The notes: a model not told the origin generated them from the sequence alone. A stretch of DNA of 64,000 nucleotides from Betaproteobacteria bacterium (GCA_016194905.1 JACQAP010000005.1:205114-269113); one strand, 5' to 3'; numbered from the stretch's first letter, positions 52,636 to 62,827 are shown. Numbers and translations are program-made.

Positions 52636-54657
52636 TTACGCTTGCGCTCGCGGCGGAAGAAACAGGAACTCGCCCTCGCCGTCGAGCTTGGCGTATTGAG
52701 GCGTCTGCCGGTTGTCGGATTCCGCCAGCACGCGCTTCAGGATGTAATCCGCGAGCTTGAGCGCAGTTAACCCGGCGCCGTCGGGGTCCGCGAAGCCCTC
52801 GAGGCCTTTCAGGAAACTTCGCGTGAAAATGCCGTGGCCGCCATCCTCGACCGCTTTCTGGTTCCCTGTGCCTGCGGTGAGGAGTTGCACCACTGGTTCC
52901 TGGGTCAGCCCGGTCAGGTCCATCTCCACACCGGACGGGGCGGCGTCGCGCTTCGCCGCATAACCGGAGAAACAGCTGTCGAGCACGAACAGGATGTGCT
53001 TGGCCGGCAGGCTCTTTCCGTGACGCACGAAATCCACCATCGGCAGGGAGCTCAGCGGAAGATTGGCCGGATCCGCGTCATAGGGCAGAAGGTAACCTTC
53101 CTCTCCTTTGCGGTGCTTCAGGACCTGGCCGTGCAGCGCGAAGAATACCAGCAGCCGGTCCTCTCGTTGCGTGGTCTCGACCTTGCCGAGGATCGAGCGC
53201 AAGATCCCATCTTTGGTCGCCTTTTCGTTGACGAGGAGTTCGATGCGCTCCGCGGGAAAACCCGCTCTGGGGAGGGCTTCCGCCACCGCCTCGGCGTCGG
53301 CGACCGCATAGCTCAACCGGGCCACGGATGGCGATTGGTAGGTGTCGACGCCGACCACGATCGCCCATGAATTCTGGTAGTAGGCGCCCAAGCCCTTGGC
53401 AACGTCGGGATGCGTCTTCCGGCTCTTCACGGTGACGACGGCCTCGCCTGCAGCCGGCCGCAATCGGCGCACGTGATAGCGCTTGTATACGACGCCCATC
53501 GGCTGATCGGACTTGCGCATGTCGTACGTCTGCGGATCGTCGACTTCGGCGACAATGTCGCGTGCCACGTAGTACGTGTTCTGGTCGACCAGGATCCGTT
53601 TACCGCCGCGCGCGTCCTGCTCGAACGCCGCGGCCAGGTTCACCACATTGCCGAGCGCTGTGAAGTCCTTGATCTGCCCTCCGCCAATGGACCCGATGAT
53701 CACGTCGCCGGTCGCGATTCCAAAGCCAATGTCGAGAAAGCCCAGATCCTCGTTGCGTTTGCGGTTCCACTGGTTGCGCAGGTCCACGAACCCCGCGATG
53801 ATGCTGAAGGCGCAGCGCAGCGACCGCTCCTCCGTGCCGGTCTTGCCGCGGAACAGCGCCAATACCCCGTCGCCGAGGAACTTGTTGACGAACCCGTCGA
53901 ATTTGACTACCTGCGCCGCCAGCAACGTCAGGAACTCGTTCAAGTGCCCCGCTATTTCCTTCGGATCACCGAGCGTCTGACTCAACCGGCTGAATCCCCG
54001 CATGTCGGCGAACATCACCGTCATGCGCTCGTGATGCGCCGGGGCGGCGAGCTCGCCAAGCAGATCGCCGGTCTTGCGCCTGTGGGCTGCGGACGTAAAT
54101 AGGCCCTTGTGCGCGAGCAGATCGCGAATGTGGCGCGCATTGCGAATCGCGATGGCAGCGTGGCCGGCGAAATGCTCCAGTAGGCGCAAGTCGCGCGAGG
54201 TGTAGTCGCCCGACGCCTTGTTTAGAAGCTGGACGACGCCGCTCCGAAGTGACTCGATGGCAAGCGGCACGCAGATCATCGATTTGGTGCTGTAATTGGT
54301 CTGCTGATCGACGCCTTTGAAATGGTCCGTCCCCCTCACCACGGAGCGCTCGATCAGCGATTCGCCGGTCTTGTACACGCGGCCCGCAATGGAACCCATC
54401 GGGACACGGTCAGGGCCGAATTCGCCGAATTGCGTGAGCACGTCCTGCGCCTTGGGACCGGTTGCGGCGGCGAAATACATGCCATCGCGCTCGGCGTCAT
54501 GGAGTATGACGGAGCCGGACTCCGAGCTGGTCAGGTTTCCCGCTCGGGTTAGGATCGCCGCGACCAGATCGCCGTAGTCGATCTCGGAACTCAGCTCACG
54601 GGCGTTCTCGACCAGGGAGAGCAGGTCGGACCGGCTGAGCTCGTCATCGTCTGCCAT
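52636..54657 (-). CDS. GAF domain - class III nucleotide cyclase - caspase-like (peptidase C14) fusion protein
   Basis: 673 aa. GAF-like aa ~15-175. Cyclase aa ~210-385 (MTVMFADMRGFS, KFLGDGVLALF, GIATGDVIIGSIGG, GNVVNLAA). Caspase-like aa ~425-660 (WAIVVGVDTY, FFALHG, FVLDSCFSG). Confidence 0.8.
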   Translation of the reverse strand: MADDDELSRSDLLSLVENARELSSEIDYGDLVAAILTRAGNLTSSESGSVILHDAERDGMYFAAATGPKAQDVLTQFGEFGPDRVPMGSIAGRVYKTGESLIERSVVRGTDHFKGVDQQTNYSTKSMICVPLAIESLRSGVVQLLNKASGDYTSRDLRLLEHFAGHAAIAIRNARHIRDLLAHKGLFTSAAHRRKTGDLLGELAAPAHHERMTVMFADMRGFSRLSQTLGDPKEIAGHLNEFLTLLAAQVVKFDGFVNKFLGDGVLALFRGKTGTEERSLRCAFSIIAGFVDLRNQWNRKRNEDLGFLDIGFGIATGDVIIGSIGGGQIKDFTALGNVVNLAAAFEQDARGGKRILVDQNTYYVARDIVAEVDDPQTYDMRKSDQPMGVVYKRYHVRRLRPAAGEAVVTVKSRKTHPDVAKGLGAYYQNSWAIVVGVDTYQSPSVARLSYAVADAEAVAEALPRAGFPAERIELLVNEKATKDGILRSILGKVETTQREDRLLVFFALHGQVLKHRKGEEGYLLPYDADPANLPLSSLPMVDFVRHGKSLPAKHILFVLDSCFSGYAAKRDAAPSGVEMDLTGLTQEPVVQLLTAGTGNQKAVEDGGHGIFTRSFLKGLEGFADPDGAGLTALKLADYILKRVLAESDNRQTPQYAKLDGEGEFLFLPPRAQA

Positions 54658-55096
54658 GAAGGGCCGCCCAGAGTGTGTTGTGTACCACGAGGGTCTTCAT
54701 TGTTGATAATGCCCATGACGATGTCGAATTACAAGGGAGCGTCTTAGGGCGCCAGGCTCAACTAATCATAAATCGAGCGTGCCCCCCCCTTTCCCCTTCC
54801 TGAGCAAAGGGGAACGGTGGAGGGGAACGGGGTCTACCGTTTGAATTGTGCGGCAGACGGTATTGTGTCGGAGGCGTAGGAAGATACATGCAACGGGAAC
54901 GGTCGAGTTTTTTCGGTCGCTACGATATTACGCCAGCATCCTGCAGTCGACAATTCTGCAGGAAGGTCTCTCAGAGAGAGCCAGGCTAATGAGTCTGGGG
55001 ATATGACCGTAAAGTTGCGTGCCCTCTAAGGATTGTCGAATCCCCCCTGAGCTACTACTATTTTCTATTCTCCACGCCCCCTGCCTTTCTTTAACT

Positions 55097-55258
55097 ATGG
55101 CTAAACCCCTCACGGATAAGCAACGGAAGGAAAAGATCGAGAGTGCGCTCAGGAGCTTTAGGGGCGACTTCAACGACTACGAGCGAGCAGCGTTGAACCT
55201 AAGCAACGACGACCTTGTAGCTCCGGCCGCTGCGCTTAACCTGATGCGGCCAGATTAA
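55097..55258 (+). CDS. Very small hypothetical protein
   Basis: 53-aa ORF (MAKPLTDKQRKEKIESALRSF...) in the island-junction region. No support beyond the ORF itself. Confidence 0.2.
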   Translation: MAKPLTDKQRKEKIESALRSFRGDFNDYERAALNLSNDDLVAPAAALNLMRPD

Positions 55259-55294
55259 CCTTCACTGAAACACGCGATGAATCTTGCGTGTTTT

Positions 55295-55967
55295 CGATCA
55301 CGACCTTGGTGAACAACGGCGTGGCCAGCGCCATGAGCTGGATGGCAAGCGACGCCATGAGGACGTCGCGGAATACCTTGCGGTGCTTGAGAAGTTCGGG
55401 GATGAACCAGCCGAATCCGAAATGGGTGCCCGCAGCGGATTTCGCATCCGGATCCGCCAGAGGTTCATTTTTGGGCGCCGCCTGCAGGACCCTGCCCGCG
55501 TAACGCAACTCGAACTCGGCAAGCGGCAGGATGGTGTGACCGGCCGTGCCTTGTTCGAAGAAGGCGACGCGGTCTTCTTCGAGGCGCAATACAAAGGCGA
55601 GCCGCGGGACCGGCGCCTCCGGGTCTAGGGAGGGAAGACTTTGGCGGTCGACGCCGAGCCCCTGTTGATGCGGCTCGCTTATAACCGGAGCTAGCAGCAC
55701 GACAAATGGCGCTGAAAGTTTCTTCAGCCTTGAAACCGGCGGCGCCTTCCAGCCCGCGCGCAAGCCGAGCGATCCGGCTGCGCGCGCGACTGACTCGAAA
55801 TCGTAGGGGGGCGAAAGCTGCCCGGTTACCAGCTTCTCGTCAAAAGGAAGTCGAAAGTACTGGCTGAGCACGGACAGCACCCATACCAGCGTCTCATGGT
55901 CAAACGCATCGCTTCGCGCCCGTCTCCCCTGTTCGGCGGGAAGCAACTGCACCACTTGCGGACCCAA
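55295..55967 (-). pseudogene. N-terminal ~225 codons of a T1SS ABC transporter (C39-like domain + first TM helix), truncated
   Basis: FGFGWFIPELLKHRKVFRDVLMASLAIQLMALATPLFTKVVI matches the start of the HlyB-type TM domain. Homology stops there and the frame runs into unrelated sequence (ENTQDSSRVSVKVNLAASG stop). Confidence 0.75.
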
Positions 55968-56088
55968 TCCCCGATTCCTTTTCTTTTTCTTAGCGTCATG
56001 TTCTGTTTATTTTTTATGACAAGCGCCTGTGCTTGCGCCTTGACCAACGTCTTCTACACATCATGCTTTTTACGGCATCTGGAAAATT

Positions 56089-56104
56089 TGTCAATTCTGA
56101 CAAT
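56089..56104. promoter_or_regulatory. Conserved palindrome TTGTCA-N4-TGACAA upstream of the truncated T1SS ABC gene
   Basis: Perfect 6-4-6 palindrome about 120 nt upstream of the ATG at 55967. The same block occurs at 37749..37785. Confidence 0.3.
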
Positions 56105-56523
56105 TGATAGATTTGGAGAAGCAGGTACGTGATAGAGACGTGCGAAAGGCGCATCGACCCTCGTCTTAACTGACTCAATTGAAATGATTGTTGCGGAGCG
56201 TCGTCACACCTTTGGACGACGCGCCGTCCGTTCGGTTGGAGCCGAATGTCATAAGCTTATTCAAAAAAATTTCCTGGAAGCTCGGAATCGAGCGCCGTAT
56301 TACTCGCGCCGTGTAGGACGGAAACGGACAGCGCGTCGGGAGAATGTGATGCGCAACGAACGCAGACTTGGCGGAAACTCTCCCGGAACCGGGAGGCGGG
56401 TAAACCGCCGACGGTGATCAGCTAACAGTGAACGGTGAACAGGGAACAGGGAACAGCTAAGAGTGAACGGCGAATGCGATAAAGGACCAGCACGAATCCG
56501 GCTTCGTACTTCGGAAGATTCAG

Positions 56524-56556
56524 AAAAACAAACGGCGGCCCGTCGGCCGCCGTTTT
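56524..56556 (-). terminator. Rho-independent terminator after fbaB
   Basis: The minus strand reads aaaacggcggcc-gacg-ggccgccgtttgttttt, about 20 nt after the fbaB stop. Confidence 0.6.
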
Positions 56557-56574
56557 CATTTGCCTCTTTTTCTC

Positions 56575-57681
<1,107 letters not shown>

Positions 57682-57786
57682 GATGTGATCTCCTGAACAC
57701 TGTTGGCGGTATTATCTCCCAGCTCGGGTAGGGGCGTGTAAGCGTCCCTTATAATGAACCGATCCGGACTGCCAAACGACGAAAGC

Positions 57787-58311
57787 ATGATTTATTCCCT
57801 CGGTGACAGGAAAGTCATTACCCGCGGCGATTACTGGGTTGCGGACAACGCGACGATCATCGGCTCCGTGGTGCTGGAGCACAATGCCAGCGTCTGGTTC
57901 AACAGCGTGGTGCGCGGGGACAACGACCTGATCACCCTCGGCGACGGATCGAACGTGCAGGATGGCAGCGTGCTACATACCGACGCAGGCGTGCGGCTGA
58001 CCATCGGCAGGAACGTGACCATCGGCCATCAGGTGATGCTGCACGGCTGCACCATCGGCGAGGGCAGCATGATCGGCATCAAGTCGACGATCCTGAACCA
58101 CGCGAAGATAGGCAAGCACTGCCTGATCGGCGCGCATGCGCTGATCACCGAAGGCAAGGAGATTCCGGACCGCTCGCTGGTGGTGGGCTCACCGGGAAAG
58201 GTCGTGAGGCAACTGACCGACGAGGAAGTGGAGCAACTGCAGGAAAACGCCCTGCATTACGTGAAGAACTTCCAGCGCTACCGGCTGGATTTGAAGGTTC
58301 AGCCGGGTTGA
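57787..58311 (+). CDS. Gamma-carbonic-anhydrase-like hexapeptide-repeat protein (YrdA/PaaY family)
   Basis: Starts MIYSLGDRKVIT..., with left-handed beta-helix repeats and SVLHTD / IGHQVMLHGC histidines. Confidence 0.85.
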   Translation: MIYSLGDRKVITRGDYWVADNATIIGSVVLEHNASVWFNSVVRGDNDLITLGDGSNVQDGSVLHTDAGVRLTIGRNVTIGHQVMLHGCTIGEGSMIGIKSTILNHAKIGKHCLIGAHALITEGKEIPDRSLVVGSPGKVVRQLTDEEVEQLQENALHYVKNFQRYRLDLKVQPG

Positions 58312-58349
58312 CCGCCGTGTCCGCGCCCGCTCCAACCCTGCCACAGCAT

Positions 58350-58577
58350 ATGATCAAGTTCGGATTCAAGATCCGCACGCGCAGCGGCTTGCCGGTGGAC
58401 AACCTCGTTGTTCATGCCCGCGACCAGGCCGAGGCCGAGCGCAAGATCACGCAGATGTACATGCATTGCGAAATCATAGAGTGCAGACAGATCGCCGCAC
58501 CGGTTCGGGAAGAAGGCAGCGACCTCGAAGGCATCATCTCGCTTATATCGAGACAGCCGGACGAAGAAAAGCCGTGA
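58350..58577 (+). CDS. Small hypothetical protein
   Basis: 75 aa from the ATG (MIKFGFKIRTRSGLPV...). The listed ORF start at 58308 is a TTG. No family recognised. Confidence 0.35.
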   Translation: MIKFGFKIRTRSGLPVDNLVVHARDQAEAERKITQMYMHCEIIECRQIAAPVREEGSDLEGIISLISRQPDEEKP

Positions 58578-59373
58578 CGGGGGATTCCGTGACCACTTCG
58601 GGCTCGCGCCGCTCGATAAAACCGACATTCACCAGCTCTTCCAGCAGCGCCTCGTAATCCAGTGCGCCGCGGCTGTCGGGCGCATGCGCGAAGACATCCT
58701 TCTTTGACGCGGGGCTCTCGGCGATGCTGACATTCTCCGTGATCCGGGTGTTGCAGACTTCGTCGCCCAGCCGCGCCTTGAGCTCGTTGTAGATCTGGTG
58801 CGACATCTTGCGGCGGCTGTCGAAGCGCGTCATCACGTAGCGCCGCACCACCCGTTTTCTCAGCACATGCTCCAGCGCCTTCAATGTCTTCTCGACCTGG
58901 AACACGCTATGCACTGCCAGATAGTCGGTGGAGACCGGGATCAGCACGCGATCCGACGCGAAAATCGCGCTCAGACTGAGCACCCCCAGCATCGGGCAGC
59001 AGTCCAGCACGATCGGCCGGCCGGTATTGAGGTTTTCCTTGACGATGCCGACGTTGAGCCGGTTGAGGATGTTCGGGCCTTTGCCGAATTGCGTATCGAC
59101 CTTCGACAACTCCACGTGCGCGGGGATCACCAGCCAGCCGCCGGCCGCGGGGCGGATCAACTGCGTCAGGGCCTTGGTGCTTTCATAGAAGCCGAACATC
59201 GAATCGTCGGCATTGCCGACGGTACTGTTACATATATAGGAAAGATGGGCCTGCGGATCGAGATCGATCGACAACGGGTTATACCCCCGCCGCGCGAGCG
59301 CCGCCGTGAGGTTGAGTGAAGTCGTGGTCTTGCCGACCCCGCCCTTCTGATTGAAAACCGCGATTTTGGCCAT
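58543..59373 (-). CDS. ParA/MinD-family P-loop ATPase
   Basis: Deviant Walker A MAKIAVFNQKGGVGKTTTSLNLTAALA, with a C-terminal extension. Confidence 0.85.
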   Translation of the reverse strand: MAKIAVFNQKGGVGKTTTSLNLTAALARRGYNPLSIDLDPQAHLSYICNSTVGNADDSMFGFYESTKALTQLIRPAAGGWLVIPAHVELSKVDTQFGKGPNILNRLNVGIVKENLNTGRPIVLDCCPMLGVLSLSAIFASDRVLIPVSTDYLAVHSVFQVEKTLKALEHVLRKRVVRRYVMTRFDSRRKMSHQIYNELKARLGDEVCNTRITENVSIAESPASKKDVFAHAPDSRGALDYEALLEELVNVGFIERREPEVVTESPVTAFLRPAVSI

Positions 59374-59548
59374 TGACCACCCGCCCCCGACCTCCCGGGA
59401 AGGGGAAGTACAATACTAATAAAATCAGCCGCTTGTCAATCCAATTTGAGAGTATTTCAACTGTGATAAAGTTCCCGCCTCGCTTTCCGCACCAGGTGAT
59501 GCGCCATCATTGCGGCATCTGCCGAGTGCGGCGTTCTTCAAGATAACA

Positions 59549-60550
59549 ATGAGCAACGATCCCTTCCTCACTGCGCTCGGACGCATGGGGTTGCTTCAGC
59601 CCGGCGAATGTCCCGCCATTTCACCGCTCACGGGCGGCGTGTCATCAGACATCGTGCGCGTGGACCTCGCGAGCGGCCCGATCTGCGTCAAGCGCGCTCT
59701 GCCCAAGTTGAAAGTCCAGGCGGACTGGCAGGCACCGATCGAGCGCAACCAGTACGAGATCGAATGGATGCGAGTCGCGGCGGGCATCGATCCGCAGGCG
59801 GTACCGAAGGTGCTCGGCGAGGATCGCGACACCGGCATGTTCGCCATGGAATTTCTCGACGGGGACCGCTACCGCGTCTGGAAGAACCAGTTGCGCGACG
59901 GCGAAATTTCGATCGACACCGCCCGTGAAGTCGGCCGCCGCCTTGCGGCGATCCACGGCCGCACGGCGGGCAACATCGATATCGCAAGGAAATTCCCGAC
60001 GGATCACATCTTCTTTCCGATCAGGCTCGAGCCTTATCTTTCCGCCACCGCGAAGAAACATCCCGATTGCGCCGACCGCCTGGAAAGCCTGGTGCGCGTC
60101 ACCGGTGCGACCAAAAAAGCGCTGGTGCACGGGGACGTCAGCCCGAAGAATATTCTGTCGGGGCCGGACGGACCGGTGTTCCTCGACGCCGAATGCGCGT
60201 GGTACGGCGATCCGGCATTCGATCTCGCGTTTTGCCTGAATCATCTGCTGCTGAAATGCGTGTGGCGGCCCCAGTGGCAGACACGCTACCTCGAGTGCTT
60301 CGACGTACTCGCCGAGAGCTATCTTGCGAACGTCGCCTGGGAAGCCCGCGCCGACATCGAGGCGCGCACCGCGCATCTGCTGCCTGGGCTGTTTCTGGGC
60401 CGCGTCGACGGCAAGTCGCCGGTGGAATACATCACGACCGACGCAGAGCGCGATCAGGTGCGTCGCGTCGCGCGCGCGCTGCTGCTCCATCCGGTGGACC
60501 GCCTTGCCGGCGTGCGCGCCGCCTGGCAGCGCGAGCTCTCCCAAAAATGA
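59549..60550 (+). CDS. Aminoglycoside/methylthioribose-kinase-like phosphotransferase family protein
   Basis: Protein-kinase-like fold motifs LVHGDVSPKNIL and FLDAECAWYGDPAFDLAF. Start at MSNDPFL. Confidence 0.8.
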   Translation: MSNDPFLTALGRMGLLQPGECPAISPLTGGVSSDIVRVDLASGPICVKRALPKLKVQADWQAPIERNQYEIEWMRVAAGIDPQAVPKVLGEDRDTGMFAMEFLDGDRYRVWKNQLRDGEISIDTAREVGRRLAAIHGRTAGNIDIARKFPTDHIFFPIRLEPYLSATAKKHPDCADRLESLVRVTGATKKALVHGDVSPKNILSGPDGPVFLDAECAWYGDPAFDLAFCLNHLLLKCVWRPQWQTRYLECFDVLAESYLANVAWEARADIEARTAHLLPGLFLGRVDGKSPVEYITTDAERDQVRRVARALLLHPVDRLAGVRAAWQRELSQK

Positions 60551-60572
60551 CAGCGACGGAAGCGAACGTTTC

Positions 60573-61859
60573 ATGACCGACACCACCATTACCAAAGTTC
60601 ACGGCCGCCGCGTGTGGGATTCGCGGGGCCGGCCCACGGTCGAAGTCGAGGTCCATGTCGCCGGCGGTGCGCTCGGCCGGGCCATCGCGCCGGCGGGCGC
60701 GTCACGCGGATCGAACGAAGCCGTGGATCTGCGCGACGGCGGACCGGCGTTCGGCGGCATGGGGGTGTCGAAAGCAGTGGCGCACGTCAACAACGAGATC
60801 TCCCGCGTGCTGCTGGGACGCAATGCCTTGCGCCAGGCCGAAATCGACGACGAGTTGATCGCGTGCGACGGCACGCCGAACAAATCCAGACTCGGCGGCA
60901 ACGCCATGATCGCCACGTCGATGGCCGTCCTGCACGCAGCAGCGGGCGCGCATCGGATGCCTCTGTACGCCTATCTGGCGCAGGGCAAAAGGATTCGCAT
61001 GCCCCTGCCCGAAATTCAGATTTTCGGCGGCGGCGCACACGCGGGACGGCGCGTCGACATCCAGGACTTCATGGTGATGGCGCTGGGTGCGCGCAGCTTC
61101 GGCGACGCGGCTGCCATCACCGCCGAGATCTATCGCGCCGCGGGTGAGTTGATGAGAGAAGCAGGCAAGCTGCAAGGCGTCGCCGACGAAGGTGGATTCT
61201 GGCCGGCGTTCGATTCGAACGAAGAAGCGCTCACCATGTTGATGCGCGCGATCGAACGCGCGGGCTATCGTCCCGGCGAAGAGGTCGGCATCTCGCTCGA
61301 CATCGCCGCGTCGGAGTTCGGCCGCAGTGGTCGTTATCGCCTTGGTCTGGAAAGCCGCGAACTCGACAGCGACGGCTTGTGCGAATTGCTGCTCGGCTGG
61401 CTGGACCGCTATCCGATCGTGTCGATCGAAGACCCGCTGGCCGAAGACGACGCTGAAGGCATGAAGAAATTCACGGCGGCCGCCGGAAAGAAAGTACAGA
61501 TCATCGGTGACGATTTTCTGGTGACCAATGCCGCGCGCGTGAAGGATGCGGCTGCTTCCGGCGCCTGCAATGCCGTTCTCATCAAGCCCAACCAGGCCGG
61601 CACCGTGACCGAAACCAAGGCCGCGCTGGACGCCGGAAAGCGCGCCGGCTGGGGGACCATCGTCTCCGCGCGTTCGGGCGAAACCGAGGACGTCACCATC
61701 GTGCATCTCGCCGCGGGCTGGGATACGGGTCAACTCAAGGTCGGCTCCTTCGCACGCTCGGAACGCATGGCCAAATGGAATGAGGCGTTGCGCATCGAGG
61801 AAGCGCTCGGCGCCGAGGTCGCCTTCGCCGGGCGGACCGTTCTTCCGGGGCAGAAATAA
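60573..61859 (+). CDS. Enolase-family protein (divergent paralogue)
   Basis: RGRPTVEVEV, ADEGGFWP, SIEDPLAEDD, LIKPNQAGTVTET and SARSGETED align by eye to enolase motifs. SARS stands where canonical enolases have SHRS. Confidence 0.8.
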   Translation: MTDTTITKVHGRRVWDSRGRPTVEVEVHVAGGALGRAIAPAGASRGSNEAVDLRDGGPAFGGMGVSKAVAHVNNEISRVLLGRNALRQAEIDDELIACDGTPNKSRLGGNAMIATSMAVLHAAAGAHRMPLYAYLAQGKRIRMPLPEIQIFGGGAHAGRRVDIQDFMVMALGARSFGDAAAITAEIYRAAGELMREAGKLQGVADEGGFWPAFDSNEEALTMLMRAIERAGYRPGEEVGISLDIAASEFGRSGRYRLGLESRELDSDGLCELLLGWLDRYPIVSIEDPLAEDDAEGMKKFTAAAGKKVQIIGDDFLVTNAARVKDAAASGACNAVLIKPNQAGTVTETKAALDAGKRAGWGTIVSARSGETEDVTIVHLAAGWDTGQLKVGSFARSERMAKWNEALRIEEALGAEVAFAGRTVLPGQK

Positions 61860-61904
61860 GAAATGACGCGCCAGCCGCGGTGAGCGTTTTGACCGCAAGC
61901 GAAC

Positions 61905-62810
61905 ATGAACACTGACTCCCACCACCGCCGAACATTGCGCGGCATCGTGTTAACCATGTCGGCGGTGTTCATGTTCTCGGCGATGGACACGCTCGCCAAG
62001 TACATGCTCAAGTCTTACCCGATGTCCGCTCTGATGTGGGCGCGCTACATGGTTCACGTCGTGGTGATGCTGGCACTGCTGTGGCCGCGCATGGGCATCA
62101 AACTATTTCGCACCTCACACCCATGGCTGCAGATCCTGCGCGGCGTGTTGCTGGTGGGGAGTACCACTTTCTTTTACTTCGCGCTTCGCTATCTGCCGCT
62201 TGCGGAGGCGGCGGCCATCAGCTTCGTGGGCCCGGTGCTCACGGCCCTGCTGTCGGGACCCATGCTGGGCGACAAGGTGACTCGCCGCCAATGGTTCGCG
62301 GTCACGCTGGGCTTCGTCGGTGTGCTGATCATCATGCGACCGGGCGGCGGCGTGCTCTCGCTCGCCGCGGTGTTTCCGCTGGCGACCGCAATCCTGTTCA
62401 GCGTCTACCAGATCGTGACCCGCAAGCTGTCGGGACGCGAGCACCCCTATACCACGCTGTTCTATACCGCCATCGTCGGCGGTGCGATCACCAGTATTGC
62501 GGCGCCGCTGCATTGGATCACGCCGACTTTGAGTCAAGCGGGCTTCATCGTTTGCATCGGCCTGCTCGGCGGCTTCGGTCATCTGTTGTTGATCCGCGCC
62601 ATGGAGCACACATCGCCGTCGACATTGGCGCCGTTCGTCTATTCACAATTGATCTGGTCGACGCTCTTGGCCTACCTGGCGTTCGGCGATTTTCCGGAGT
62701 CCATGACTCTGTTCGGCATGCTGGTCGTCGTCGCGGCCGGACTGCTCGCGGTGAACTGGAAACAGATGCGACGATTAAGCGATGCCGCCGATCAGGCGGG
62801 CTCGCATTGA
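61905..62810 (+). CDS. DMT-superfamily (EamA-like) transporter
   Basis: 301 aa with ten hydrophobic helices in two EamA-like repeats. Confidence 0.8.
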   Translation: MNTDSHHRRTLRGIVLTMSAVFMFSAMDTLAKYMLKSYPMSALMWARYMVHVVVMLALLWPRMGIKLFRTSHPWLQILRGVLLVGSTTFFYFALRYLPLAEAAAISFVGPVLTALLSGPMLGDKVTRRQWFAVTLGFVGVLIIMRPGGGVLSLAAVFPLATAILFSVYQIVTRKLSGREHPYTTLFYTAIVGGAITSIAAPLHWITPTLSQAGFIVCIGLLGGFGHLLLIRAMEHTSPSTLAPFVYSQLIWSTLLAYLAFGDFPESMTLFGMLVVVAAGLLAVNWKQMRRLSDAADQAGSH

Positions 62811-62827
62811 TTTTTTCAGGGACTGAC

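Noticed and set aside
54658-54760. Sigma70-like promoter (ttgtaa-17-cattat on the minus strand) upstream of the cyclase-caspase gene.
   Set aside because: The match to consensus is weak (a 4/6 -10 element) and cannot be told apart from chance without transcript data.
56415-56470. Heptamer repeat gaacagg x3 (ctaacagtgaacggtgaacagggaacagggaacagctaag) as a sixth member of the palindromic element family.
   Set aside because: No complementary arm (cctgttc run) is found nearby and the unit length differs (7 versus 9). It is treated as a simple short tandem repeat of unknown meaning.
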